Assembly (NCBI GenBank): GCA_903936565.1
Contig: CAIZVZ010000007.1
Span: 1-58,801 of the forward strand
Reading direction: 5' to 3'
Origin: an uncultured bacterium
GTDB taxonomy: Bacteria > Patescibacteriota > Minisyncoccia > Phycocordibacterales > CAIZLB01
DNA: 58,801 nucleotides
Under the pieces are notes generated by a model that was given only the letters and a program-made list of their open reading frames with translations, was not told where the DNA came from and made no database searches. The number at the start of each line of letters is the position of its first letter. The stretch's first letter is position 1. Below are positions 8,946-18,437 of the stretch, piece by piece. The position numbers were made by a program, and so were the translations under genes.

Positions 8946-11537
8946 ATGACCATTATATCCGACCTGTTTTCGATCTCTAAAAAGCAAGTAAAAAAGTACC
9001 GAAAAATCGTTGAAATAGTTAATCAATTGGAGCCTAAAATACAAGCTCTTTCTGATGAGGGGCTTAAAGCTAAAACGCTTGAGTTTAGAGAGCAACTTAA
9101 TTCTGGTGCCTCACTTCAGGATATATTACCTGAGGCTTTTGCGGTTGTTAGGGAAGCATCTCACAGAACATTAGGACAACGCCATTATGATGTTCAGTTA
9201 ATTGGAGGAATGATATTGCACGACGGAAACATTGCAGAAATGAAAACTGGAGAAGGAAAGACTTTGATGGCAACTCTCGCTGTCTACTTAAATGCTGTAT
9301 CACAAAAAGGAGTTCATGTCGTCACAGTTAATGATTATCTTGCAAGAAGAGATGCGACATGGATGGGACAAATTTACTATGCACTTGGACTATCAACCGG
9401 AGTAGTTAATGAAGGTGAATCATATCTATACGACCCATCTGTAGTACTCGAAAACAAAGGAGAAGGGGAGGAGGAAAAATTAGAGAAAAAAGAAGATGAG
9501 GTTGGATCATTTAAGATTGTTTACGAACTCCTGCAATCTACAGATAAAAGAACAGCGTACAATGCTGATATAACTTATGGAACAAATAATCAATTCGGTT
9601 TTGATTACCTGCGCGACAATCTAGAACAAAGACCAGAAGATTTGAGACAAAGAGAATTTAATTATGCAATCGTTGACGAGGTTGACTCGATTTTAATTGA
9701 TGAATCAAGGACGCCCTTAATTATCGCTTCACCTTACGCGGACTCTGGAAATCTATACGTGACGTTTGCGGAAATTTCAAAACAATTAGAAAAGGAAACT
9801 CATTATATTGTCGATGAAAAGTTTAAAGCTATTTCCGTCACAGACGCGGGGATTGACGCTGCCGAGAAGGCGTTAGGGGTAAGTAATATATATAGTGAGG
9901 GAGGTGTGAAGTATGTCCATCACATGGAGACTGCGATTAGAGCAAAGGCGCTCTTCCATAAAGATGTGGATTATATTGTAAAGGATAATGAAGTTGTAAT
10001 TGTTGATCCCTCAACTGGAAGATTACAACCAGGTAGAAGATGGTCAGAAGGATTGCACCAGGCGATTGAAGCAAAAGAAGGGGTAGAGATAAAGAAAGAA
10101 TCAAGAACTTATGCATCAATTACATTTCAGAACTATTTTAGAATGTATCCAAAGCTCGCTGGTATGACAGGAACTGGACTAACTAGTCAGGAAGAATTCC
10201 TAAAGGTATACGGACTCGATGTTATTGAAGTTCCAACACACCGTCCAGTTGCTCGTATTGATAAAACAGACTTAATTTTTAGAACTGAGCCAGCGAAGTT
10301 TAGAGCAATCGCTAGGAAAATTAAGGAGTTAAACAAAGCGGGTCAGCCAGTCTTGGTTGGTACTGTTTCAATTGAAAAAAATCAGCTTCTATCAGACTTT
10401 TTGAAGAAAGAAGGTGTTCCTCATACATTACTTAATGCAAAACCAGAGTTTGCTGAAAGAGAAGGAGAAACTGTGGCTCAAGCAGGTAAAAAGGGTGCCG
10501 TGACGATAGCAACTAACATGGCTGGACGTGGAGTCGATATTAAATTAGGAGGCGCGCTTTGCTCTAAGGAGCAGTATGAGGAGGTAAAAGCGCTTGGAGG
10601 GCTTTATATTATTGGAACAGAAAGACATGAGGCCAGAAGAATCGACAATCAGCTAAGAGGTAGAGCTGGAAGACAGGGAGATCCTGGAGAAACTCAATTC
10701 TATGTTTCTTTTGAAGATGATTTGATGAGAATTTTTGCTAATGATTTTCTTAAAAGTGCATTGGATAAACTTGGGGTAGATGAGGATCAGCCAATCGAAA
10801 CTAGAATTGTTTCTAAACAACTTGAAATGGCTCAGAGAAAGATTGAGGGAATACACTTTGATTCAAGAAAGCACACTCTTCAATATGACGATGTTCTAAA
10901 TCAGCAACGTACAAAGGTTTACGCTAGAAGAAAAAGAATTGTTCTCGCAACCCCTGATGAGGTTGAGACAGAACTCGAAATGTTCTTGGTGGTGGCAACT
11001 GATGAGGAAAAAACTGCAATCGAAAGTCGACGTAAGCAATTTAGAGATGGAGCAATAGTAAATGGTTTTGCTGAGGCTGATGCTGATAAGCCATTTCTAT
11101 ATACTGCAAGAAACATAATGTTACAGACAATAGACCTGTTTTGGGTTGATCACTTGGAGATGATGGAATATTTGCGCTCAAGTGTATCTCTAAGATCTTA
11201 CGGTCAAAGAGATCCTCTTGTTGAGTACAAGACTGAGGGACTTAGAATGTACAAGGATATGGAAAATGCTATCGCAAATGAAGTTACAAGACTTGTGCAA
11301 TTGGTAAGTGGGGAAATCGCTGTAAATAATAATCCAATCAAGACTGTTGGTCTGAGGGCTGATAATACATTGGGAGATCAATCTGGAGGTGCGGTGGGCG
11401 GGGGAGTTTATGCTGGCGATATGTCTAACGCGGCAAACTTTGTAAAATCTAATGCGCACAATGACGATAAGGTAGGGAGAAACGACCCTTGTCCATGTGG
11501 ATCTGGTAAGAAATATAAAAAGTGTCACGGGCAATAG
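8946..11537 (+). CDS. secA: Preprotein translocase ATPase SecA
   Basis: EMKTGEGKT, DEVDSILIDE, ATNMAGRG, C-terminal SEC-C motif GRNDPCPCGSGKKYKKCH. Confidence 0.98.
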   Translation: MTIISDLFSISKKQVKKYRKIVEIVNQLEPKIQALSDEGLKAKTLEFREQLNSGASLQDILPEAFAVVREASHRTLGQRHYDVQLIGGMILHDGNIAEMKTGEGKTLMATLAVYLNAVSQKGVHVVTVNDYLARRDATWMGQIYYALGLSTGVVNEGESYLYDPSVVLENKGEGEEEKLEKKEDEVGSFKIVYELLQSTDKRTAYNADITYGTNNQFGFDYLRDNLEQRPEDLRQREFNYAIVDEVDSILIDESRTPLIIASPYADSGNLYVTFAEISKQLEKETHYIVDEKFKAISVTDAGIDAAEKALGVSNIYSEGGVKYVHHMETAIRAKALFHKDVDYIVKDNEVVIVDPSTGRLQPGRRWSEGLHQAIEAKEGVEIKKESRTYASITFQNYFRMYPKLAGMTGTGLTSQEEFLKVYGLDVIEVPTHRPVARIDKTDLIFRTEPAKFRAIARKIKELNKAGQPVLVGTVSIEKNQLLSDFLKKEGVPHTLLNAKPEFAEREGETVAQAGKKGAVTIATNMAGRGVDIKLGGALCSKEQYEEVKALGGLYIIGTERHEARRIDNQLRGRAGRQGDPGETQFYVSFEDDLMRIFANDFLKSALDKLGVDEDQPIETRIVSKQLEMAQRKIEGIHFDSRKHTLQYDDVLNQQRTKVYARRKRIVLATPDEVETELEMFLVVATDEEKTAIESRRKQFRDGAIVNGFAEADADKPFLYTARNIMLQTIDLFWVDHLEMMEYLRSSVSLRSYGQRDPLVEYKTEGLRMYKDMENAIANEVTRLVQLVSGEIAVNNNPIKTVGLRADNTLGDQSGGAVGGGVYAGDMSNAANFVKSNAHNDDKVGRNDPCPCGSGKKYKKCHGQ

Positions 11538-11608
11538 AGTTGGTGCAATATGTAATGTTTGTTTTGAAGCCGAGGATATTGCAGTAATTTGTGCTATAAT
11601 ACCCGTCT

Positions 11609-12061
11609 ATGTCAAAATCAACAATATCATTTTTGGTGTTTATAATTTTAGTCGTTGTAATTTTTATTAGTGCATCAGTTTTTTCAAATCTTGGTAAAAG
11701 TGATGCTCCTGTAGTTGTGAATCCAGTTAGTACTTCTACCCCTGTAAGTGGAACAAGTGCAGTACCAACCTCAGCTTCGACAGCTGTTGGTGTAGTTAAA
11801 ACGGATACAACAGTAAATGCACCGGCTGGAATAACTATGGCTGAAGTGCAAAAGCATAACGCAGGATCAAGTTGTTGGACAGCTGTTAATGGTGGAGTCT
11901 ATGATTTGACAAGCTTTACTTCTAAGCATCCAGGTGGATCGAGTGCTATTTTAAGTCTATGTGGAATTGACGGTACATCCGCTTTTATGGATCAACACGG
12001 TAATCAAAAGCGTCCAAATAATGAATTAACTGGCCTTAAAATAGGGGATTTAGTAAAATAA
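11609..12061 (+). CDS. Membrane-anchored cytochrome b5-like heme/steroid-binding domain protein
   Basis: N-terminal TM, Ser/Thr linker, HN...CW.AVNG.VYDLT.F...HPGG...G.DGT.AF..QH. Confidence 0.88.
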   Translation: MSKSTISFLVFIILVVVIFISASVFSNLGKSDAPVVVNPVSTSTPVSGTSAVPTSASTAVGVVKTDTTVNAPAGITMAEVQKHNAGSSCWTAVNGGVYDLTSFTSKHPGGSSAILSLCGIDGTSAFMDQHGNQKRPNNELTGLKIGDLVK

Positions 12062-12076
12062 TATAATCTTATTAAA

Positions 12077-12502
12077 ATGAACAAATACTCTGCAACTGTT
12101 TTAAGAATTGGTATCGCTCTTGTTTTTTTATGGTTTGGAACACAGCAGATAATTGATCCGAGTGTGTGGACATCATATATTCCTGAGGGGGTTGTGGACA
12201 TATTCTCATTAAGTGCATTGAAACTAGTATATTTAAATGGACTTTTTGAAATAATCTTTGCATCAGCGTTACTTCTCGGTTATTTCACAAGATTCTCTGC
12301 ATTACTTTTAGCATTACACATGCTTGATATTACATGTATTGTCGGATTCGACGCTGTCGGAGTTAGGGATTTTGGATTGGCAATTGCAACAGTTGCAATA
12401 TTTATGCATGGAGTAGATAAGTTCTCACTAGACTATTTTTCTAAAGACACATTGGAGAGAATAGAATACAGAGAAAGTGTTAATAAGGTTAAGACGAGTT
12501 AG
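12077..12502 (+). CDS. DoxX family membrane protein
   Basis: LRIGIALVFLWFG, G..EI....LLLG..TR, RDFGL. Confidence 0.8.
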   Translation: MNKYSATVLRIGIALVFLWFGTQQIIDPSVWTSYIPEGVVDIFSLSALKLVYLNGLFEIIFASALLLGYFTRFSALLLALHMLDITCIVGFDAVGVRDFGLAIATVAIFMHGVDKFSLDYFSKDTLERIEYRESVNKVKTS

Positions 12503-12570
12503 TTACCAGTATTTTTTATTTTTCTTACGATAGAAGACTAAAAATATCTTTTGCTGTATAATTATTGTAT

Positions 12571-13626
12571 ATGAGTAAAATAAACAACAAATCACAAATA
12601 TTTTTTGGGGTGGCGCTCGCCATTGTTTTTGTGTTGTCCGTTTTGGTCCTCTCTCCATTTCTAACCACACTTGCGCTTGCTGTTATTATCGCAGTACTAC
12701 TTAATCCAGTCTACAAAAGTATCGCAAGGTTTTTCTTTAAAAATAAAACGATTGGGGCACTGGTGACCATCTTATTATCTGGAATACTGATATTTGTTCC
12801 AATATATTTTCTTTCTGCTCAACTGTTTGTTGAGGCCCAAAATTCATATAATTCCCTTGGTATTTCAAGTGCAACCAGTATTCATAATTTAAATCACACT
12901 ATTAATTCTAGTCTTAAGACAATAATTCCAAATGTTGATGTTCATCTTGAAACATATCTCGGGGACTTGTATTCGTGGGTAATTTCCAATCTCGGGGCAT
13001 TCTTCTCAGGAACATTTGATGTGTTCCTTAAAACTCTGATTGTGTTGATTTCGTTATTCTTCCTATTAAAAGATGGAGAGTCTATACACAAGAGTATTAG
13101 AGACATGATTCCCATTTCGGGCGAGTCCTATGATTATCTGGTTAAGTCCACTAAGACTATTATTAATTCTGTGGTATTCGGTTCAATATTTGTCGCTGTA
13201 CTTCAGGGCGTAATCTCGGGAATTGGATTCTCAATTTTCGGTATACCAAACGCGGCGTTGTGGGGGACTGTAGCAACAGCAGCAGCTTTTGTGCCTGGTT
13301 TTGGGACGGGTGCATTGTTCATCCCAATGATGATTTATGCTTTTCTTTACGGATCGATATTTCAGGTTATTGGATTATTGTTGTGGGCAATGGTGTTTAT
13401 AAATGCCATAGAGACATTTTTGAGACCTATGATTATACATAAATCAGTTAATATACACCCTCTATTCATATTGTTTTCAATCCTTGGAGGAATCAGTTTA
13501 TTCGGTCCGGTTGGTTCAGTTCTGGGGCCATTGATTTTAGGTCTATTATTTGCGATGATAAGAGTCTACAAAATGAAGGAGATCTCAATTACTAAAGAAG
13601 GTGAAGGTAAGGCTAATAGGGCGTAG
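12571..13626 (+). CDS. AI-2E family transporter
   Basis: Multi-TM; FFLLKDG, LRP, HP..ILFSILGG..LFG..G.VLGP. Confidence 0.88.
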   Translation: MSKINNKSQIFFGVALAIVFVLSVLVLSPFLTTLALAVIIAVLLNPVYKSIARFFFKNKTIGALVTILLSGILIFVPIYFLSAQLFVEAQNSYNSLGISSATSIHNLNHTINSSLKTIIPNVDVHLETYLGDLYSWVISNLGAFFSGTFDVFLKTLIVLISLFFLLKDGESIHKSIRDMIPISGESYDYLVKSTKTIINSVVFGSIFVAVLQGVISGIGFSIFGIPNAALWGTVATAAAFVPGFGTGALFIPMMIYAFLYGSIFQVIGLLLWAMVFINAIETFLRPMIIHKSVNIHPLFILFSILGGISLFGPVGSVLGPLILGLLFAMIRVYKMKEISITKEGEGKANRA

Positions 13627-13638
13627 TGGCAAGATAAA

Positions 13639-13684
13639 AGATTTTCAAGTGTAAAAACGCGTCGAAATCAGCTGGTTTTGACGA
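13639..13684 (+). repeat. Dispersed ~46-bp double-hairpin element, copy 1
   Basis: AGATTTTCAAGTGTAAAAACGCGTCGAAATCAGCTGGTTTTGACGA; aligns with 26692 and 27733. Confidence 0.7.
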
Positions 13685-13720
13685 GGGTGAAGGAAAAATA
13701 AAGAAAGTTAAAAAATAAAT

Positions 13721-14821
13721 ATGAAGAAAACATTCAATAATATAAAAAAAACAATAATACACAAAACAAAAGAAATAGTTAACTTGGAAACTGGCAAAGC
13801 TGGTGGAAAGGAAGCTGGTCATGTTTTGCTTGTGACGCACGGATCAAACTTTCATCCTGATGATGTCTTTGCAACCGCTACAGCACTTTTGTATTATGGA
13901 GTCGACAAGACGGGGCTTGGTAAATTTCTTCATGGATATAATGAAATAACAGAAAAGCACAGTGGTGAGTTTGTAAGAGTTGTTCGAACATTAGATAGAA
14001 AAGTGATGGATAAGGCAACTGTTTTAATGGACATTGGAATGGAATACGATGAGAAGTTAAATAGATTTGACCACCATCAAGAAGGTGGTGCTGGAAAGAG
14101 AGACGAAGGAACTCCATATGCTTCATTTGGTTTAGTTTGGAAAAAGTTCGGTAAGAAGATTGTCGGCAATGTGGAGGTTGCAGAGTATGTAGATAAAATG
14201 TTGGTTAAGCAAATTGATGCAATGGACAACGGAATTGAAATTGCACAAAGTCTTTTTTCTGATGGTGCAAAGCCGCTTTTGTTTGAGGAATTGATAAAAT
14301 TAGATTGTGATCTCGTATATAGTCTGGGACTCAGTCCGCAGGAGATGAGTAAGGTTTTTGATAAGACGTTCTTTAAATTAATTCCAATTGCGCAGAAAAT
14401 GATTATTTTAACAGCACTCAAGGGATTTGCACTTATTGATGCAAGTAAGAAACTTGATCAATTGTACAATAAGATGACGGATAAGAGGGTAATTATAATG
14501 GAGAAAAAGTTACCATTTAGATTAGCTGGTTACAAGGAAATATTATTTTCAGTTTATCCATCAACTAGGGGTGGATGGAATGCACAGGTAGTTCAAATCA
14601 CTGAAGGGCTCTATGATTCCAGAACTCACTTTCCACAAGCTTGGGGAGGTAAAACTCCAGAGGAGTTACAAAAGATAACCGGTGTACCTGATGCAGAATT
14701 TTGTCATATAGGTAGATGGTTGGCTGGTGCTGGTAGTAAAGAGGGAGTACTTAAGATGGTCCAATTAGCACTAAAGGAGATAGAAGAAGGGAGAGTGCCT
14801 GTCAAAATGACACTTAGCTAA
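13721..14821 (+). CDS. MYG1 family protein (DHH-like hydrolase/exonuclease)
   Basis: THGSNFHPDDV, FDHHQ, YASFGLVW, IDAMDNG, FP.AW.G, DAEFCH. Confidence 0.9.
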   Translation: MKKTFNNIKKTIIHKTKEIVNLETGKAGGKEAGHVLLVTHGSNFHPDDVFATATALLYYGVDKTGLGKFLHGYNEITEKHSGEFVRVVRTLDRKVMDKATVLMDIGMEYDEKLNRFDHHQEGGAGKRDEGTPYASFGLVWKKFGKKIVGNVEVAEYVDKMLVKQIDAMDNGIEIAQSLFSDGAKPLLFEELIKLDCDLVYSLGLSPQEMSKVFDKTFFKLIPIAQKMIILTALKGFALIDASKKLDQLYNKMTDKRVIIMEKKLPFRLAGYKEILFSVYPSTRGGWNAQVVQITEGLYDSRTHFPQAWGGKTPEELQKITGVPDAEFCHIGRWLAGAGSKEGVLKMVQLALKEIEEGRVPVKMTLS

Positions 14822-14954
14822 TATACTGGATTAAATTCAACAATAAGGCTCTGGGTGTGCTAAAATTCCGTGAAATGATGGAATATTAGCTATTCTGTGG
14901 TAGGATTACCAATAATAAGTAACGATTAGCTAATTTAAAACAAATACAATATAT

Positions 14955-15971
14955 ATGGCATTTATAGATGAAATGACAATTAGGATTAAGGCTGGAAATG
15001 GAGGAGATGGTGTTGTTAGGTGGCTGCATGAAAAATTCAAGGAATTCGGCGGTCCTTCTGGTGGAAACGGAGGAAAGGGTGGGCACGTCTTTGCAAAGGC
15101 TGTTCGCGATACATGGTTGCTATCTCGTTATCGTCACACAAAAGAATTCGTTGCTCAAAATGGACAGCATGGAGGTGGTAGAAGTATGCATGGAGCAAAT
15201 GGAGAGGACTTATTTATTGAAGTCCCAGTTGGAACAATTTTAACAAACCTAGAAACTGGTGAGGTCTTTAGATTAGATCAAGAAGGACAAGAGACGATGA
15301 TTCTAAAAGGAGGGAATGGGGGTCTTGGAAACGAAAATTTTAAATCATCAACTAATCAAACTCCAGAGGAGCACACTTTAGGAAAAGCGGGGGAGGAAGG
15401 TAACTTTCATATTGAAGTTGAAATTATTGCAAGCGCTGGACTTATTGGACTTCCTAATGCAGGTAAGTCATCGCTCTTAAATGCATTAACTAGAGCGGAA
15501 GCAAAAGTTGGAGCATATCAATTCACAACACTTGAACCAAATCTTGGAGATTTGTATGGTCATATTCTTGCAGATATTCCAGGCCTTATTGAAGGAGCGG
15601 GAGAGGGGAAGGGTCTTGGTCATAAATTCCTAAGACATGTGAAGAGAACCAAGATGTTGCTTCACTGTATTTCTATTGAAAATGAGATTGAATCAACGGG
15701 TGGAAAAGAGGGCGGAATAGAAGAAGTCTATAACACCATAAGGGCCGAGCTTGAAACTTTTGACGATGAGCTTGCAAGCAAAGAGGAGATAATACTATTT
15801 ACAAAATCAGACTTGCTAGAGCCGGGGGAGGCAAAGAAGATTGCAGATAAATTTATGAAAGCAAGATTTGGCAAATCATCTGGAGCGGACAAAAAATACT
15901 TTGTCATTTCAGTATACGATGTGGATGCGACAAAGAATCTTTCAGATGAGTTGGTGAAGATTTTGGGATAG
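14955..15971 (+). CDS. obgE: GTPase ObgE/CgtA
   Basis: Gly-rich Obg fold, GLPNAGKS, YQFTTLEP, DIPG, TKSD. Confidence 0.97.
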   Translation: MAFIDEMTIRIKAGNGGDGVVRWLHEKFKEFGGPSGGNGGKGGHVFAKAVRDTWLLSRYRHTKEFVAQNGQHGGGRSMHGANGEDLFIEVPVGTILTNLETGEVFRLDQEGQETMILKGGNGGLGNENFKSSTNQTPEEHTLGKAGEEGNFHIEVEIIASAGLIGLPNAGKSSLLNALTRAEAKVGAYQFTTLEPNLGDLYGHILADIPGLIEGAGEGKGLGHKFLRHVKRTKMLLHCISIENEIESTGGKEGGIEEVYNTIRAELETFDDELASKEEIILFTKSDLLEPGEAKKIADKFMKARFGKSSGADKKYFVISVYDVDATKNLSDELVKILG

Positions 15972-16105
15972 ATGAGCCCTATGGCGAGCCCGAGGCGATT
16001 CTGCTGAATCGTCTGCTGAATCGTCCAAACGACGAGCCCTGTGGCGATTCTGCTGAATCGTCTAGTGAATCGTCCAAACGACGATTCTGGTGAATCGCCT
16101 ACTGG
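15971..16105. repeat. Degenerate ~12-bp tandem repeat array in obgE-gatB spacer
   Basis: Units GGCGATTCTGCT / GAATCGTCTGCT / GAATCGTCCAAA / GACGAGCCCTGT repeated, with a higher-order ~49-bp duplication. Confidence 0.85.
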
Positions 16106-16147
16106 ATGTCGGTTGTCAAACTCCTATATTTATACTATCTTATATCT

Positions 16148-17749
16148 ATGACATCAACAGACTTAAAGACTGGGGACGCGGAAAACGCATCGGCAATATT
16201 GCCTGAAAACACCTATATTTCTCCTACAACAGGTAAAACCTATTACCCTGTAATTGGTCTTGAAATTCATGCGGAACTTAGGACTAATTCTAAAATGTTT
16301 TGTTCTTGTAGGAATAACACGGATGAAGAAAATCCTAATGTTAACATTTGTGCAATTTGTATGGGTCACCCTGGAACACTTCCTGTTATAAACAAAGAGG
16401 CAGTTAAGCATGTAATAAAAGTAGGAACTGCAATCGGTGCAAATATCGCCGACTATACAGAGTGGGATCGTAAAAACTATTTCTATCCAGATATTCCAAA
16501 AGGATATCAGATTTCTCAGTACGCATTCCCACTAATTAAAGGGGGTGTAATTAATGTTGATATTGGAGGTGGTAAGACACTATATCCAGTTGAAATTACA
16601 AGAATTCACCTTGAGGAAGATACTGCAAGTTCAAGTCATACTAAAGGTGACTTTAGTCTAGTTGATTTTAACAGAGCTGGTGTTCCTTTGATGGAGCTAG
16701 TAACTGAGCCTGTAATTCACAGCGCAAAAGTTGCTGGTGCATTTGCAAGAGAGCTTCAGTTGCTACTTAGATATTTAAATGCAGGTCACGCTAATATGGA
16801 AAAAGGGGAGATGAGAGTTGAGGTAAATATTTCCGTTTCAGAAACACCAGGAGTCTTTGGTACAAAAGTTGAAGTTAAAAATCTAAACTCATTTAGATCT
16901 GTTGAGCGTTCAATTGAATTTGAAATAAAGCGTCATGTTGATGTAATTGAAGAAGGAGGAAAGATTGTTCAGGAAACTAGAGGGTTTGACGAGACAACGG
17001 GTAAGACTTTTTCACAACGCGCAAAAGAAAACTCAAATGACTATAGATATTTCCCAGACCCAGACCTTCCAAAGATTTTTATATCTGAAATTCCAGAACT
17101 TACCCCTGATAAAATAAAAGCAGAAATCCCTGAGCTTCCTTGGGAGAAGCGAGCTAGATATAAGAAGGAGTATGGCATGAAGGATGAAGACGCTGAGATG
17201 TTTGTGCAGAATGATGTTTTCAGAGGCTTCTTCGATTCATTTGTTAGCGCTGAAAATTCAAGTGATACTTCTGTTGCCCCCACTCATTCTCCAGAAAAAA
17301 TTAAATTGGGAATCAACTACATTACATCAGACATTGCCGGCTTGGTTAAAAACACATCAGGTACAAATATTCAAATTTCAGTTCCATATTTTATTGAAAT
17401 GATTGAAATGATTGATAAGGGGGAGTTGTCTTCTCGTGCGGCTAAAGATATTTTAATGAAATATTGGGGGGAGAAATTGACTGATGGAACTTTTGTAAGT
17501 AATACAAAGGAGGAAACTCGATCTCCAAAACAAATTGCGGAGGAGGAGGGTTTAATTCAGAAGAACGATCCTGAAGCTCTTAAGAAAATGATTCAAGAAA
17601 TCATAGATGCAAATGCTGGGGTGGTAGCAGAATATAAAGCTGGAAAAGAGGCGTCTCTGCAATTTCTATTGGGACAAGTAATGAAGGTAAGTAAGGGGGC
17701 GGTGAATCCGGGTTTGGCCAAGGAAACACTCATGGAGATGCTTAAATAA
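16148..17749 (+). CDS. gatB: Asp-tRNA(Asn)/Glu-tRNA(Gln) amidotransferase subunit B
   Basis: VIGLEIH, RKNYFYPD.PKGYQISQ, HLEED, DFNRAGVPLME, DYRYFPDPDL; start moved to ATG 16148. Confidence 0.97.
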   Translation: MTSTDLKTGDAENASAILPENTYISPTTGKTYYPVIGLEIHAELRTNSKMFCSCRNNTDEENPNVNICAICMGHPGTLPVINKEAVKHVIKVGTAIGANIADYTEWDRKNYFYPDIPKGYQISQYAFPLIKGGVINVDIGGGKTLYPVEITRIHLEEDTASSSHTKGDFSLVDFNRAGVPLMELVTEPVIHSAKVAGAFARELQLLLRYLNAGHANMEKGEMRVEVNISVSETPGVFGTKVEVKNLNSFRSVERSIEFEIKRHVDVIEEGGKIVQETRGFDETTGKTFSQRAKENSNDYRYFPDPDLPKIFISEIPELTPDKIKAEIPELPWEKRARYKKEYGMKDEDAEMFVQNDVFRGFFDSFVSAENSSDTSVAPTHSPEKIKLGINYITSDIAGLVKNTSGTNIQISVPYFIEMIEMIDKGELSSRAAKDILMKYWGEKLTDGTFVSNTKEETRSPKQIAEEEGLIQKNDPEALKKMIQEIIDANAGVVAEYKAGKEASLQFLLGQVMKVSKGAVNPGLAKETLMEMLK

Positions 17750-17814
17750 AAACTTTAGGAATTCTTTACAAAACTTTCATAAGGACATTAGGGTAGTTTT
17801 GCTAAACTGCCTCG

Positions 17815-18204
17815 ATGTTAAAAAGATTTCTAGAGTGGATACATACAAAAAGTAAAATAGACGGAAAAGAAAGAAAAATAAACTCAATACTGGAAGGGGG
17901 AGTATATTGGTGTTCTTTGGGTGAAAATATTGGTGATGAAGAAAACGGTAAGGGAGATATTTTCCGCCGGCCCGTTTTGATATTTAAAAAGTTCAACAAC
18001 AACATATTTTGGGGGATACCTATGAGTACAAAGAATAAAGAAAATAAATATTATGTTAAGGTCTTACTTAAGGACGTGGAGCAATCAGCAATGATTTCTC
18101 AACTTAGGATTCTAGACACTAAAAGACTTGATACCTATATCGGATACATATCAAAACCTGATTTTATAAGAATACAAAACGCCGTAAGAAATCTTATAAA
18201 ATAA
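17815..18204 (+). CDS. PemK/MazF family endoribonuclease toxin, copy 1 (no adjacent antitoxin ORF)
   Basis: G.VYWCSLGENIGDEENGKG..FRRPVLI, GIPMST, SQLR..D.KRL. Confidence 0.85.
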   Translation: MLKRFLEWIHTKSKIDGKERKINSILEGGVYWCSLGENIGDEENGKGDIFRRPVLIFKKFNNNIFWGIPMSTKNKENKYYVKVLLKDVEQSAMISQLRILDTKRLDTYIGYISKPDFIRIQNAVRNLIK

Positions 18205-18209
18205 ACAAC

Positions 18210-18262
18210 CGTTAAGCCCGAGCTCTTTTGGAACTCGGGCGTTTGGGACAACCCATTTGTGG
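18210..18262 (-). ncRNA. Candidate structured antisense RNA at toxin 3' end, copy 1
   Basis: Minus-strand GGG-UUGU-CCC and GCCCGAGUUC-CAAAA-GAGCUCGGGC hairpins downstream of a minus-strand promoter; conserved at 34116-34168; 3' end unknown. Confidence 0.55.
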
Positions 18263-18266
18263 ATAT

Positions 18267-18294
18267 ATAATATCAAACACTGAATTCTTGTCAA
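18267..18294 (-). promoter_or_regulatory. Antisense sigma70-type promoter convergent on toxin 1
   Basis: Minus strand TTGACA-16 bp-TATTAT with TGn extension. Confidence 0.7.
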
Positions 18295-18437
18295 ATCTCG
18301 TTTTCTTATCGTCAACCTTTTGTAAAATAGACTTAAAACCTCGGAATGATATAATAGAACCAAGTTACTATTAATTATATAAAAACACCCAGTGTGGGCC
18401 AACAAAGATAAAAGCCCAGATTGGCATTCATAAAAAT

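Noticed and set aside
8755-8949. 64-aa ORF in the track
   Set aside because: Out-of-frame shadow of the H1-like gene that runs through its terminator
15971-16105. CRISPR array
   Set aside because: Units are ~12 bp, contiguous and degenerate, with no unique spacers and no cas genes
18216-18240. Hairpin as a simple toxin-gene terminator
   Set aside because: No U tract on plus, C.A mismatch on plus vs G.U on minus, and a conserved antisense promoter
18385-18430. Structured gap leader (alternative tgggc/gccca and gccaa/ttggc pairings)
   Set aside because: Helices only ~5 bp, single copy, no known motif recognised
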